Source of the DNA: Lama glama
Lineage: Eukaryota
Reading direction: 5' to 3'
NCBI GenBank assembly: GCA_028534125.1
Contig: CM052817.1
Span: 9,984,001 to 10,048,000 of the forward strand
Length of the DNA: 64,000 nt
The position numbers were made by a program, and so were the translations under genes. Shown in pieces: positions 26,382-40,300 of the stretch (position 1 is the stretch's first letter; each line of letters begins with the position of its first letter). The notes below the pieces were generated by a model that was not told where the DNA came from, did not search any database, and was given only the letters and a program-made list of their open reading frames with translations.

Positions 26382-28026
26382 CTGTAGAAGTCAAAGCCGT
26401 TGTGCCCGCAGAGGCAGCGTGCAGTGAGAAAACAGAAAAGTTACTGGAGTGATCAACCACCACGAAGAACATTAATACCCGACACAGAGAAAATCAAGGG
26501 AGAGAGGACACCAGACAGGAGCGTGAAAGCAGTGTTCATCAGAGAAACGGTGCTGCGGGTGGAGTCAAGTTCCAGGGCTCACGTTTGAATTCACATTTGG
26601 ATTTCTTGAAAGGTTCTTAATCATATGCTAATCAGTCATGGACCGGGGAATGGGAGGGAGAGCTACAAATGCTTAACACACTAACCACATGGTCTCTGTA
26701 AAAGAGAATCAGCGGCTGCCTAGAACCCCAGAGCCCAAGGCACCACCTTCCAAGTGCCCTTTCCAATATGAAGCTCTGATGGGGCATTCCCCTGCTGAAT
26801 AGCATCCCAGGGGCTCCCACCACGTGGAATTCACACTCCTCCACGTGGGCCTCTGCTATTTAATCCCGGCGGCACGTCCTGTTCTTCTTGACCAGTCTAG
26901 TCCCCAGGAAGCATCATGCTCTCTCCCCTTCTTCACTCTGGGCTCCCTCCTGCCACCTCCTCACCCAGAACATTATTCCCACCACTGCTCCCCTGATGAA
27001 ACTCAAGTCTAAGTTTGGACGTTGCTTCTTCCAGGAAGTCTGTCTTGATCACCATGTCTGAGTTAGCTGTAAATCCTTCCTTCATGGAGTCCTACACTTG
27101 TCCCTTCATGGCACTCACCCGACTTAGGGTGACGGCTCCCATGTGGGCGATTCCTGAGCCTGCTGCAGCCCCAGGGGAGGGAGAACTGTGACAGTCACAC
27201 TCCCCGCTCTCTCCCAGGGACCCACCCGGGGCTTGGCAGATGAGAGCTGCCCAAATGCAATCAGATACACTAATGAACTGAGGGACAGTGCTCCAATTAA
27301 TCTCCCATTACCACTCCCCCGGGAACCTTTTGAGCAGTATCAGTGACCAGCCGACCCTGACCAGCTACATGGGAGTCTCTGGGGGACAGGTCTCGGCATG
27401 GTTAAAATGCGACTCTGAGCCTGAGTTACAATGACAACAGAATGAGGGGCGATGCACGTTTTGTGCATTATTCTGTTCTCAGCACTTGACATGTACTATT
27501 TAACATATATTAGGTGGAAGTGTCTGCCAGAGTAAAGCTCAATCAGTAATAATAATAGTAATAATTATGCACGTCAGCATCATCCTCAGCTCTAAACTCC
27601 CGGGAGCCTCAGACAATGACGCGGTCAGGGACTATCTCGTACTGCTTTCTGTCTCAATGCTTTCTGAGATCCCAAAAGATACCTCCCTTACTGGGGGAGG
27701 AGAGTGTGTTCTTACACGCTTACTTACACACTTAAAGCAACTTATCCTCTAGGAGGGCAGGAAACAAGGAACCAAGGCATGTGTCTTTCACAAACGTGTA
27801 GGGTGAGTTCCAAACATGGCAAACCCATCTGGAAAAAGCAGCAGGGCTGCGTCCCAAGCCCTGTGCCTGCCCCCGAAGAAGCTCCACCTGGAACGATGGC
27901 CTACCATTTACTAAGTGCCGAATCCCTACCCCATGACTTGCAGCAAGAGTGAGGTTGGGCAAAGCAGCCTTTATCAGCACTTCTTATATGATGTGTATCT
28001 CTCTCTGTGCTGCCCCCTGGCTCTAC

Positions 28027-28394
28027 TGTATCAGTCGGCTAGGGCTGCCGTAACAAGTACCGCTCACTGGGCGGCTTAAACAACAAATTTATTTTCTCAC
28101 AGTCCTGGAGGCCGGAAAGTCTAAGATCAAGGTGTTGACCGGGTTAGTTTCTTCTAATATGTCTCCCCTTGGCTTGCAGGTGGCCATCTTCTTCCTGTGT
28201 CTTCAGATGCTCTTTCCTTTGTGTGTGTGTCTTATTCGCCTCTTCTTATAAGGATCCCAGTCAGAGTGGATTGATGACCCCATTTTAACTTCATTACCCC
28301 TCTAAAGACCTCATCTCTAAACGCAGTCCCATTCTGAGGTACAGAGGATTAGGACATCAACATATGCGTTCTGGGCACAGTTCAGCCCATGACA
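28027..28394 (-). mobile_element. MLT1A/B-like MaLR solo LTR
   Basis: tgtatcagtcggctagggctgccgtaacaagtacc...ggcttaaacaac...aagatcaaggtg...gttcagcccatgaca with TG...CA ends. Confidence 0.8.
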
Positions 28395-28596
28395 TCCACG
28401 CATCTACATGTCTTACCCCACCGCCCCCCTTCACCAGCCGCAGATTCTTGGGGTAAAGACCATCCTTCCACACATCTGCACCCCTACCATGCATGGCCTC
28501 TGGTGAGTACTCCCTCAATACTGATTAAATGAATACATTAAACAAAAGAGAGAAAATGGGAGGAGAAGAGGCCCAGAATCCTGAAGTACTACTTCT

Positions 28597-28696
28597 NNNN
28601 NNNNNNNNNNNNNNNNNNNNNNNNNNNNNNNNNNNNNNNNNNNNNNNNNNNNNNNNNNNNNNNNNNNNNNNNNNNNNNNNNNNNNNNNNNNNNNNN
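28597..28696. other. Assembly gap (100 N)
   Basis: Exactly 100 N, the usual placeholder for a gap of unknown size. Confidence 0.99.
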
Positions 28697-29012
28697 GGGA
28701 TTAGCACTGTCCCCCACCCCCAGCAGCCCTTAACCAGTGCCTCTTGGGTCTTGGAGTATAGATACCTCAGCTCTCTCACCCTCCCTTGGGCTAATCCGGA
28801 GGCTGGTGTCCTACAGGGTCTCTTGCATCTCCTCCACAGGATGAGCTCTGTCGTCCCCTGGGGCAGGTGGTGGAATGGCACATCCTCTATAGTGGCCCTT
28901 CTTCCCCTGGGTCACCTCCCACCTCCCAACCAGTGCTCCCAGCACCTCCTGCATAAATGACTTGCCCTGGAATCCCTGACTCTGGGTCCGCTTTGGGGGA
29001 CACAGACTCAAT
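28697..29012 (+). mobile_element. ERVL LTR fragment (LTR16-like), cut by the gap
   Basis: cagcagcccttaaccagtg...gtatagatacctcagctctctc...ataaatgacttgccctggaatcc...tctgggtccgctttggggg. Confidence 0.55.
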
Positions 29013-30764
29013 GTGCCCAGCATTTATCTGACTAACACCAATCAGAAAGCTCCCCTCCCAAGGGGCCCTGGCTTCTTTGGTGCCTCTGCTTAACCAAGTC
29101 CCTCTTCCTTAGCTACCAGGAAAATGTGACCCGATTCCACATCTAAGGTAGGATTCAGTTCATTCACGTGGGCCCAGTTCTGTCTCCTTTCCTCACTTCA
29201 CCTCCACCCCAAAAGTTCTTATCCACTATCCTAAGATGGAAAGGAAATCAGGAACTGGGGGGGGGGGTCCCCGATTTTACAGGAACTCCAGGTCTAATAC
29301 CAAGCCAACCACAAAGGACTGGTCCAACTAAGAATCCTGCCATGGACAGTGGCAGCCAACTCGAGCTCACGCTGGATAGGCTGCTCAGAGCAGCCTCGGG
29401 GTCTAAGGACCTGGTCCTCCAAGGCTTGGACACAGACAAAGCACAGCCTCCTGCCCCACCCATTTTTTGGCAGAACTAACTGGCATTCAGGCTGGACTGC
29501 TAATGGCATGCTAATTTTTAATATAAATATAAAAGCTACAATCATTTTATTCTGCGCAGAGAGAAGGACAAACATGTTTGGAAGGTATAAATGAAGCCAG
29601 CGGCATTCAAGAATGAAGCTGCTTTCCGCGGTACTAAGAACAGTTGTTGGCACCAGGGAGTGACTGGCTCATCCTCTCTGATGTGTGTAAATGGTTAGAG
29701 ACGAGGCTTTCCTCTTTGGCTTCTACATTTACTTTCTCTCGAATATCATTATACTGCAAACTGAGAATACGCAGCCATTGTTACCACCTCTGGAAAAGAC
29801 TTCGCCAGCCCTCCTGGTGGACGCACTGCCTTCACAGCCACTGGGGACACTGTCATTCACATTTGTTGTGCTGGCCATTAAAGGATGTCCACTGGTACTT
29901 TTACTGTTGTCTTGATGACACCAGGAGAGGAGGAACAAGGTGTCTGACCCTGTAGGACTAAGAGCTTGACAAACAGATTCAACTTTTTTTTTATTATCCT
30001 AACCTTCAATGCAACAAACATTCATCTGTTTCCCTAGCAACCTACACTCATCATCAGTCAAAATCAAAAGAACACATTCTTCTGTTAAGTTAATCCTAGA
30101 TGCAAATGGAGTGAATTAGCAGCACCTTGTATTAAGTAGAGACATGCAAGGTACCTGGATACTTTCTGCAAATATTGCACACTTATCTGAGCGAGGCCTT
30201 CAAGGCCCTCCCCTGAACTGGCCTCAGCTCATCCATCGGTTTGGCCCATGGGCTTCCTCCTCTCACACCTTGTCCTCTGCTCCCGTGGTCCCCACTGCCT
30301 GGAAAGCCACCTCCCCACTCGCTCCAGCCCTGCTTATCTTTTTCACAAATTGCAAAGTCACGTCCTTGCAGAAGAGCTTCTGGTCGGAATTAATTATTTT
30401 CCCCCTACAAATTCACATGCATATATTACAAGTACATATCCCTATTTCTAGGGATGGTCAAACAATTCATGCAGTTAGGGAGTATTCTCTCCTTAGCTAA
30501 AAAAGTAGCGTTAAGACTTCCTTTAAGGAAATTTTAGTTTCTCAACAACGTACAACTTGAAAGATGAATGTTTCTGCAAGTGTTAACTTTCGAAATTTTT
30601 GCTGCAGTTCAAATAGTATTTATAAGGCGTTTCAACAGTCCATAAAACTCAGCCAGAAAGGTTACTAAATTCTTAAATAACAGGTTGTTTAAAGATTTAC
30701 TTTCAAGTGAGTCAAAATTTTGCTCATACTTATTTTTTATAACAAATACATCAATAAAAATTAC

Positions 30765-30820
30765 CTTATCATAGTCCTTTGAGAGGTCAAATTTCTTCTG
30801 TAGAATTTTTCTTATAATAT
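30765..30820 (-). CDS. PROM1: Prominin-1 coding exon 2 (56 nt)
   Basis: ttcttcccag|AT ATT ATA AGA...GAT AAG|gtaatt; encodes (D)IIRKILQKKFDLSKDYDK; phase fits the previous exon. Confidence 0.95.
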
Positions 30821-32329
30821 CTGGGAAGAAAAGCCACAAAACAAAATCACTTTTTCAATAAAAATATAAAATGCATATTTAGAAAATAAAGGCCTATGTA
30901 TGTTCACAAATGATTGCACCTTCATATAATATTCTTATAACTTTATTCCTATTTCTTAATGTAGGTGAATAATTAAGCTAATGAGGTTCTAGCTAGAAGC
31001 AAAGAATGGAGGACAAATATTTTTGACCTACTATTTTGCCAGTGGCAGAACTGGAGGGCTGCCATTTTTAGGTTTTCAGTTTCTCACAACACACCTCAAT
31101 ATGAACCAGCAAACCACGTAACTCCTCATTAATACTCACTGATAAAATGTTACATTGAAATTACTAATTCTTAATAATTTGGAACCACAAGCTTAATTTA
31201 TTCTTTAATAATTCCACATTTACATGATATTTTAGAAAGGAAAGGAATCTTACAATAACTTAACCCAAGAGTTCTTAACATGAGCTGTCTCTCCCTTCCC
31301 ATCTCCAAGCAGTGCACTGAAAACCCTGCGATGCTAAGCAAAATTGGATTTTTCTATGCATGTTTATTTGGAGAGTTTTAAAATTCTCAGTAGGTCAGGA
31401 GCTACCTCGTATCCTGATTCACCCATCTAGTAATGCCATGGCACAGTGATGCCCAATAGGGAGAGTGACTTGTCTAAAAGCGGTAATTTGTGGATTTGAG
31501 GCCAGACCCAGGCACAGGTCTTTGTTCCCCTGCTGCGGGCCCCTCGCACACTGCACACTGTCTCCGGCCCCAGGAATGAGGTTCTGGGATGCTATGACAG
31601 TATCCTGTATGATCACTTCCAAAGTGTACTACTGTGGGAGGGGGGAGGAAAGCCCACGGTGAACCCTTTTATAAAGCAGAGACGTTCAGATTTACTGGCC
31701 AGTAAACAAAGCAAGCTTTCTTATGGGCCTTCTGGAAAACAGCTTCCCACCTGCACAGAGCAAATACGTGGAACACATCTGTAAAGGACATGCTGCAGGA
31801 ATAGGGATTTTCAAGCTGGTAGGTACCCTGGGAGCCCTAGAGTTTCTCGAAGGCTCCTTGGGGGCAAACCAGGGGCAGGAAGGAGCCTGAGGCTGCCCAG
31901 CCCCACGAGTGTCCTCCCACGGTGAACCAGTCTCTTTGCTTTTGTCAGTTGCACACACGTAACAGGTGTTGTTCTATACAGCTCTCTGGAGGTGAGCCAA
32001 TAAGGGAGAACATGGATCACGCACCACCGGCAACCTCTGTGAAACGGTGACATTTCTCCACGTCAAACAGATGCTCCCATCAGTTTGCTTGAGGACCCCC
32101 GGCCCCTCCCGAGTCCTTCTGGGGTTCTCGTGGTCCTGAGTATCCGAGGCACGGTCCTAGCTACACCTAGTGACAACACTCATTGGTGGCTGATCCCTGT
32201 CTGTTGGCTGCCAGCTGCCCCTGACATCCTGCCAAGGCTGATCCTGGCCATGCTGGCCAAAAACCCACCCCAAGACTGTGGAGCAGAGATGGTCTCCCTT
32301 CCTGCAGTCCAGAACAACACTGTTTTACA

Positions 32330-32600
32330 GAAATATACTGCAAGTCGTATAAGTAGTTTCAAATTTCCTAGTAGCCACATTTAAAAAGGTGATTAGTTAA
32401 TTTAAAATTAATTTTAACATGTTTTACTTAACTCCAAATATATGCAAAATAGTATTGTTTCAATATGCAATCAATATAAATATTACCAAGCTATTTTACA
32501 GTCCTACTTTGCTACTAAGTGTTCAGGAGCCCGTGTAGATGCCCTTCAGCACATCTCAGATCAGACCAGCTACAGTTCAAGTGCTCCAATGCCACTCGCT
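32330..32600. mobile_element. MER33/MER3-like DNA transposon fossil
   Basis: aaatttcctagtagccacatttaaaaaggt...cagcacatctcagatcagac...ttcaagtgctc. Confidence 0.65.
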
Positions 32601-33724
32601 CACCCTGGAGCAATTCCATTTCCCCAAAGCCCCAGGGCCTCTGTTTCCTTATCCCCCTCTCCTTCCCAGCGTGCCCAGTCACAGGAACACACAATGAGCA
32701 GCCCTCATGCTCAGCGCCACAACATCCATTCTTCCCTTGGCTTCCCTGTGTATCTCTGACTAAGCGGCTCTTAATTAGGGTGAGTGAACATCAGGGATGC
32801 CTGTAGAACACAACCCAAGCATCTTTCCTTGAAAAGCCCTGGCATTAACCTGCTGCTGCTTACACGTCATCTGGGAACCCACGGGACCTCACTCCGGGAG
32901 AGTCTATCGCAGTTTTAATAGGTTCATCGCAGGGGAGAACTTAGAATCGATTACAGTCCATCTCAGAAAGCCTGTGGAAGGACCGGGGTCCCGTTTTGCC
33001 CCCCACTCTCAGTGGTTCACAAGTGTCACATTCATTCTGCTGCAGCCCAGTCCTTTGCATCTGTCTTGGCAGTTGATGTATCAGATTTGTGACAAACTGA
33101 AGGGCTCTTGGAAAGATTTTGCTCATAGGATCTATTTGACAAGACTTATCGGTTAGGTCTCTGATTTAAAAAATATACCCCACCTTTCATCTTCTAAATT
33201 CTGTTCCTGCCATTTTTTGGGAACAAAATCTCCCCAAAGTGCTAAACTAGATTAAAAATTTTTTTTGATAAAGAGATTTTTATATTTGATATAAAGAGGC
33301 AAATCATTCTCCTATATGTAAAACAATATTACTGTAATGTAGTTCTTGATAAAATATTATGAAATGTTAATTTTGTTCATAGCTGCTAAATTTATCTGCC
33401 AAAAGTATTCTAATTTTAAGCTGTATTGTTTTAAAAAGCTTTTTTTTTTAAAGCTTTTTAGTCAAGATTTATATTCAGGTTATTTTAATTTCTACCTGAT
33501 GGTTTCTAGTCTCTTTGACCAGATGCAATAATATAGGATTATTAACATTAAGCCTAAAATTAAGTTATAGACTTAGAAGCATTGTGGTGTAAGCATTAAA
33601 ACTGGAGAATAAAATGCACAGAATAGGTTTTTCTTTATGAACAAACCTTAGAGGATGAATCATTTTTTTCCTAAATGTCAGGTTAAATTTGCTATTGTAC
33701 TCAGAATTCTTATTAATAAAAATT

Positions 33725-33725
33725 A

Positions 33726-33768
<43 letters not shown>
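33725..33768. repeat. (CA)n microsatellite
   Basis: About 21 units with one interruption. Confidence 0.95.
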
Positions 33769-33770
<2 letters not shown>

Positions 33771-35159
33771 CTGGAGCAGAGTCAGCCCTCTCGGGGAATT
33801 AAAGTGTTTACTTGGAAATGTGATTAACTAAGAGCATAAATAGTGTTACGTGCTCCCCTTGGAGACACCCACAGTGTCCCTCATTGACCCCCAGTGGCAC
33901 CATCTTAAACTCACATGGTATGGGGGTCTCTGTACTAAGAGCGACTTAATCTGTTAATTTGTGTATTAAATCAACACTGGTCAAAGTGAAAGAGATTATT
34001 CACGTTTTTGCTAAAGCTATGAGTTTTATAAGTAAATAAAAATGATATTCAAGTTCAATTTAAAGTCCTACAAACACTAGGGTTGTAAATGTATAACTTT
34101 AGTAAATTAAATATGACTTAAAACACAACTCTAAGTGTTTCTTTCCAGGCACAAAAGACTTTCCACAGGCTCTTAAAAATCAATTTGACAACTGTCCCCA
34201 TCAGGACAAATTCCTGTGGGGATGGGATTCAGGCAGGCAGACCAAGTGGAATTCCTGACAAGTCCAGATAAAACACCATCCTAGACAGTCTGAAAAATGG
34301 TAACGTCTTGGATGTGCTAGCATGATGTGGGGTGCGGAAGAGCAAGAGGCATTTCGCCCTGAGAAAAGCATTTAGGGCATGGTTGGTTTGTAAGACACTA
34401 ACGTGTAAAGGTTGGCATCCTTCACCATCACCCTTGTACCCCACCACCTTCACTGCTCTGCCCTCTCCTGTCCTTCAGCTTGTGGCCCGAATGAGCACCC
34501 AGCAGAACCATGTGTCACCTCACTCTCCTCAGTCAGCCCTCCTGAAGTTAGGTGGGGCCCTGAGCCTTGAGTTCTGGCCACTGGAATGTGGGCAGACACA
34601 TATCCCACCACTTCCACACCTGGCCTCTAAAACCTCCTCTAAAACCTCACGTACCCTCTTTATCCATCTACGCATCACCCACCGGAGGAGCCAGTAGAGA
34701 AACACAAAGCCCAACAGGATGACAGAACCATTAAGTCGAATGCCCTGACCACCCCCCAACTCCATCACTTCTCCACTGAATAGAGCTGTGAGAGAGGAGC
34801 ATTTTTCACTGAAATTTGGGCTTGTTTGTTATAGCAGACGGTGTCACTTGCCCTAACTAAAAAAGCCTTAGCCAACCAATTAAGACCCCCAACATTTTCC
34901 CACTGCAAGCATCCTCTAACAACAGCCTCATCTGCCAGGTTTGGCCAAATAAAAACGAACCCATTTTTCTCAGGAGCAGGTGTAACATACACATAATACA
35001 GGAGGCTGAGAGTTAGCACTAAGGTAAAGCAGGATTTAAAAGACATCTTCATTCAAAGATTGGGATTTCTGTATTCACAAAAGAATGCATGAAATGGTAT
35101 TTGAACCCAGAAAAATCACTACAAAATGCACTGCAGTATACCTCAAATAAACCCTCTTC

Positions 35160-35700
35160 CTATGTGGTGTATATATATATACACACCACAAATATATATA
35201 TATATATTTATATGTATTTATATATATTTATACTTATATACATATGCAATCTATATAAAGGAATTTTACTCAGCCATAAAAAAATGAATTTCTGCCATTT
35301 GCGAGAATGTGGATGGACCTAGAACATATTATGTTTAGTGAAATAAATCAGACAGAGAGAGACAAATACTCTAAGTTATCACTTTTATGTGGAATCTAAA
35401 AAATAAAAGAAATATACGTGGCAAAATAGAAACAGACTCACAGATATAGAAAACAAACTACTGATTACTAGTGGGGAAAGGGAAGTGGGGAGGAGCAAGA
35501 TAGAGGTAGGGGATTAAGAGGTACAAATTATTATGTATAAAATAAAAAAGCAACAATGATATACTGTACAGCACAGGGAAGTACAGCCATTATTTTAATA
35601 ACTTTAAATGGAGAGTAAGCTATAAAAGTATTGAATCACTATGCTGTACACATGAAACTAATATAATACTGTAAATCAACTATAGCCAATTAAAAAAAGA
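35160..35700 (+). mobile_element. L1 3' end with an internal (TA)-rich repeat
   Basis: tactcagccataaaaaaatgaa...tggatggacctaga...tatgtggaatctaaa...G-rich segment...tgtaaatcaactat. Confidence 0.88.
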
Positions 35701-36955
35701 TACAAAATACTAAAAAGAAAGAGCTCTTCCTGCCTGCTTCTTATCCACGGGTCTGCACAACCTGAGCTGTCATCCGCAGGTCCACAAGCCTTTCAAAAGC
35801 TTCACTACTCCCCTGAATTCTCCTAATCTACAAAGCGTGTGTTCCCAATCAGTTCAAGCCACAGATTCAAGCACGTCTCTGCTGCTAACATATGTACGTA
35901 AAATGCTCTCAGGTAACAGTTTTATCCTGGGAAACAGGCATCAGACAAAGGGTTAAGACTAAGTGGTTGTAAGATGGCGGTACCCTCTCCAAGAGTTAGG
36001 TGCACAGGGTGGCTGGTAAAACTGGTCGTGAGCACCAGCTTCTAGGTCTAGACTGTTCTTTCTGGAGGAGGATGCAGATTTCAACCAAGATGCAAAGGTA
36101 GTTGGTGAAAATGTTAACATTTACATGATTTGAATGTGGCCCCCAGCCCTCTCCCTAGAGCCCCATGGGGAAAGGGTCTTGGATTCCAGACATAGGTACC
36201 CCACTGCTGTTAGTTGAACCTTGTCTTCTCTCATCCATCTAGGTTTTCTAGGGTTTGTTTATATGATTTAGAACATCCTGATTCCGATTTCTAGAATGAG
36301 ACTGGTTTCTTCTCTTGGCAGGAAAATCTCATTAATTCAAATAAATTAGGAAACCTCTGGTTATTTGACTAATTTGACTCAGTTTACTTTTTATCAAGAA
36401 AAACGTTTAAGGAGCCAACTCACCGCATAGAAAATGTCCGAATCTACCTCACATCGGCGTAGCAGACGTGATCAGCTCTGACAGCTGATACGTTGGTGGA
36501 AAAATAAAAAGGGACTTGTGCCTCAGACATTTTGTTTTAACTTAAAGCAAATAAATACACACATACATTTGACCAGCATTTGACGAAAAGCTGAGGTCCT
36601 TTTTTGGGTGTGAGTCCTCTGGTTAGAACGGATGTGAGTTAAGATAGCACCCAAGGTAAAAGCAAGCTCCCCGCTTATTTAGAGGTAGACCTGTGCCCAC
36701 CACCGCATCTCTAAACCACACGCTTAGGGTAGATGATGATGACTCACAGGTGGGCTCACAGGATGGCACCACCTACACAGAGATAGGTACTTCAGAGTAA
36801 GAACTCGGCGATCACAAACTCTGCCTCAAGAAAAATGAGAAGGTCTTGCTTATTTGATTCTTCAGTGACTGGAATGGGAAAGGGCTAAACTAAACTCTTA
36901 TCCAACTACACACTGCTCCCCGCCCTCATCCCCAAACGCTGGGAGTAACTGCCTA

Positions 36956-37375
36956 TGTTAAGACATCAGGTTCTCCGAAGAAACAGAACTGTGTAAGAGA
37001 TGAGAGAGAAATAGAGGAAGAGACAGAGGCAGCAGGAGAAAGAGAGAGAGAGGGAAACAGGGAGAGAGAGAGAGACTGATTTAAAAGAACTATGGGTACT
37101 AAGTCTGAGGTCTCAGGCAGGCTGGAAACTCAGGCAGGAAGTGATGCTACGGTCCCAAGGCTGAATTTCTTCTGTGGAAATCGAGTTTTGCTCTGAAGAC
37201 CTTTCAGCCGATTAGATGAGGGCCACCCACATTATCGAGGGTAGCCGCCCTCACTGACAGTCAACTTACTGTAGGTGTGAACCACATCTACAAAATACTT
37301 TCACAGCAACACCTAGACTAGCATCTCATTAAGTCCCTGGGTACCACTGTAGACACAGAAGACAAACCACGACTT
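36956..37375 (-). mobile_element. MLT2-like ERVL solo LTR
   Basis: ggttctccgaagaaacagaac, GA repeat, caggcaggctggaaactcagg...ccacccacattatcgagggt...tcacagcaacacctagactag. Confidence 0.7.
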
Positions 37376-40300
37376 GGCACAAGTCAGCTGTGTTCTCCAT
37401 AGAAAAATTACGCCCCGGAGGGGTGCTGCAGCAGAGGCTGTCTGAGCCGCCCTGTTACCCAGCAGGAAGACTCACCATCGTCAGTGCAACTCCCGACCAG
37501 CGGAGCCTCCAGCCAAGCCACTGGGGCCGAGCGAGCGCAAAGGCAGGGGACCGCCAACCTTGAAATGATGGCCCTTAACCACCTCCAAAATTGACTTACG
37601 TTTGGTGTGCACAGACAGATAAATGCTTTTTGAAAATATTTCCATCAAAAATGACAGAACTAAATGAGTTTATCACTTGCAAGGTCAGTGTTGCTTTTCT
37701 GAAGAATGTACTTAAGAGAGCCTATCTCCCAGCAGCCTGGTTTGGTCAAGTGTGTCCACTGTCCTTTGAGGCTTGGATGAATGTGACTGACCCACTTCTC
37801 GGCTCACATTTTCCTGTGGCTGGTGTGGGTGAGGATTTGGGGACCCAGACGATGCAACTGCCTCAGGTCTTGGACCGAGACGGGTCTGCCATCTGTGTTG
37901 CCACCATATCTCCTTCTGCAGTGGCAGCGCTGAGTCTGTCTGACTTCAGGACCTGGGTGATAATGCATTTTAGCAACCACTTCAGGCGGCAGGTCCTGAA
38001 CCTTTCCGTTTCACGGAGAGCTACCTTCTGCCGCTCAACTCCTCCATCAACGTGACTAAACTCTTTGGTTTGGTTTTTAATAAAAGGATTGATGCTTCAG
38101 ACATTTGGAAGCCAAGCTGGGTTTATTAGAACTCATCAAACATATTCCCCCTGCCTCCAACTATATCATCCAGTATTCTGGAGGGTGAGCCCCCTTTCCT
38201 GGATTTAAAGCACAGTTCAAACACCCTTGGTGCGGTTTTCCCTTCATTTCAGCTGTCAGCACGGGACTGCACCGTTGTCCTTGAATTGACTGGGGCGGCT
38301 ACCCGGCAGGACTGGCACACTTCGGCTTGTACTAGAATTAATGACTTGCTCTTCAAGAAAAGAGCTCGGAAAAACGGCGCACAGGAAGCGATTCTTGGGA
38401 AAACATCTGGTACCAGGCTGGCCCCTGTAGCTTTCCCCGACCAGATGTTTACACCAGTCTGTGCCTGAGGATCCTATTTCATCGTCAGGCAACGAGCAGC
38501 CAAGCCTGCGACGGGCAGGCTCGCCCTTCAATCACTGCAAATACCTTTAGAGGAAGCAGGCTCTCGGGTTGCACAGAAGAAGGGGGACCTCTGGGGTCTC
38601 CTGGAGCTCGGACAAAGATGCAAGTTGGATAAGGGCTCAGGGCCCAGGGGCTCCCTAATGATGGGCGAGGGCTGGGAGGGGGCCGCTGGGACTGAGACGG
38701 GTCTGCGATCTGTGTCGCCACCACTGGTAAATCGGGGGGGGGGGGTAGGGTGGAGGGGCTTGTGGAGTCCCAGGGTGTCTGGCTCATCTCCTCCCCTAAG
38801 ACATTCCTGGAAAGCGTAGCTCCACTATCATCTTTTGATTGTTTGAGGAACGTTGGCTTGAGGATGTTTAAAAGGAATAGTTTGACTTACATCCTTCGGT
38901 TGGCACCGAGGTCCAGGTGATCGCACACACACTCCTGTGAGAATGTGAATCCACTACACCCTGTTTTTTTCTGCCACGTGACAGAGGAAGGTTCAGCTGT
39001 TGAGCACGGCCTCCCCACAACCGGGGACAGAAGGTGGGACCAGGACGTGAGTGGAGGGGGACTTTTTTTTCCTCTGTATACTTGGAATACACTTGAATTT
39101 TTAAGAGAATATTAAAAAGTTTTTAAACAAAGTACTTTTATTGACATACCCTTCTACTTTTTCCAAACCCTCCCCTTCCAAAAAAATCACTAAAAAATTG
39201 AGTTTGTAACACTATCAAGTTAAAAATTTCAGTTCCCATACATGTGAATCAGATTTTACAGTATCTAGTATAGGAGATGTGACCTGGAGCTATTTTTATA
39301 GTATTTCAGCATGTAGTATTTGTTATTAAAAAAAAAAGGGAAAAGAAATAAGGCTGAAATCTGCAAAATTTAGATGCTGCCCAATAATGACTGGGAAAGG
39401 AATAACCAAATATTCAAGATCTGGATAAGCCCAGTTTTGTCCCAACAAGTGTGTGGTCCAGACAAAGTACACTCTTCCAGTGTTTTGTGAATAATCACCA
39501 GAAGCAGCTTTTTTTGGGCTTTGTCTCCATCCCTTCTTGCACTAGCTGAGCTGAACAGTCTCCCAGAGTCTCTCGTGTGTGTCCCCAAACCACTGTCTGC
39601 TCATTGTACCTGTGGATGCAATTTCATAACTGAATTAAATATTATGTAAGCGGATAAAACATGACTTCCAAAAGCAAAAGTGATTGATACAAATTCTCAG
39701 TGGTATGCTTTTTAAAACTCAGTAAAGAGGAGTCATTTTAAAAAGAACAAGAGCTGTTGAATTCAGTGTAGGGGAGGCAACTCTAAAAGCCCAGATAGAA
39801 AAACCAATAAAAATCTAGGGGAAAAAAAAAATCAGTGCTCAGTTTACACCACACATTCTTGTTACATGAATGAAACCCAAACTGGACATCATCAAAGTTA
39901 TGCTGGGGAAATTACTATCCAGAGCCCCATAGTCGATGGACCTTCAGAATGTTTGGTGGGGAATGAGGATGTAGGAATTTGCAAACAGGTCTTTCTCACC
40001 AGCATGGAGAACTAGCCAGATATGTGTGTGTGTGTGTGTGTTTCACTTTTCTTGGGCACACCAGAGAACTGAGGCTTCAAAGCAATCGATTCAAAGAGCA
40101 CCACACTACTGAAGGAGAGACAAGGGACCCACAAGCTGTTTCCCCTTTGCTGGTCAGGCGAAAAGGAACCACCGAAAATGTTCCCAACCTATTAAAGGGC
40201 ACGTATGGGCTAGCGTGTCCCCGAGGAATACCTGGAGGACCCAGAAATGTGGAGGAGTTTGCATTTGCTTGCAAGCTTCCACTGGGGCGGGGGAGGTGCC

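Noticed and set aside
28008..28026. Minus-strand CTCF motif (AGCCAGGGGGCAGCA) forming a convergent pair with the 17739 site
   Set aside because: Lacks the conserved 5' CC of the core and abuts an LTR edge; too weak to support a loop claim.
28525..28960. ORFs spanning the N run
   Set aside because: Artefacts of translating through the assembly gap.
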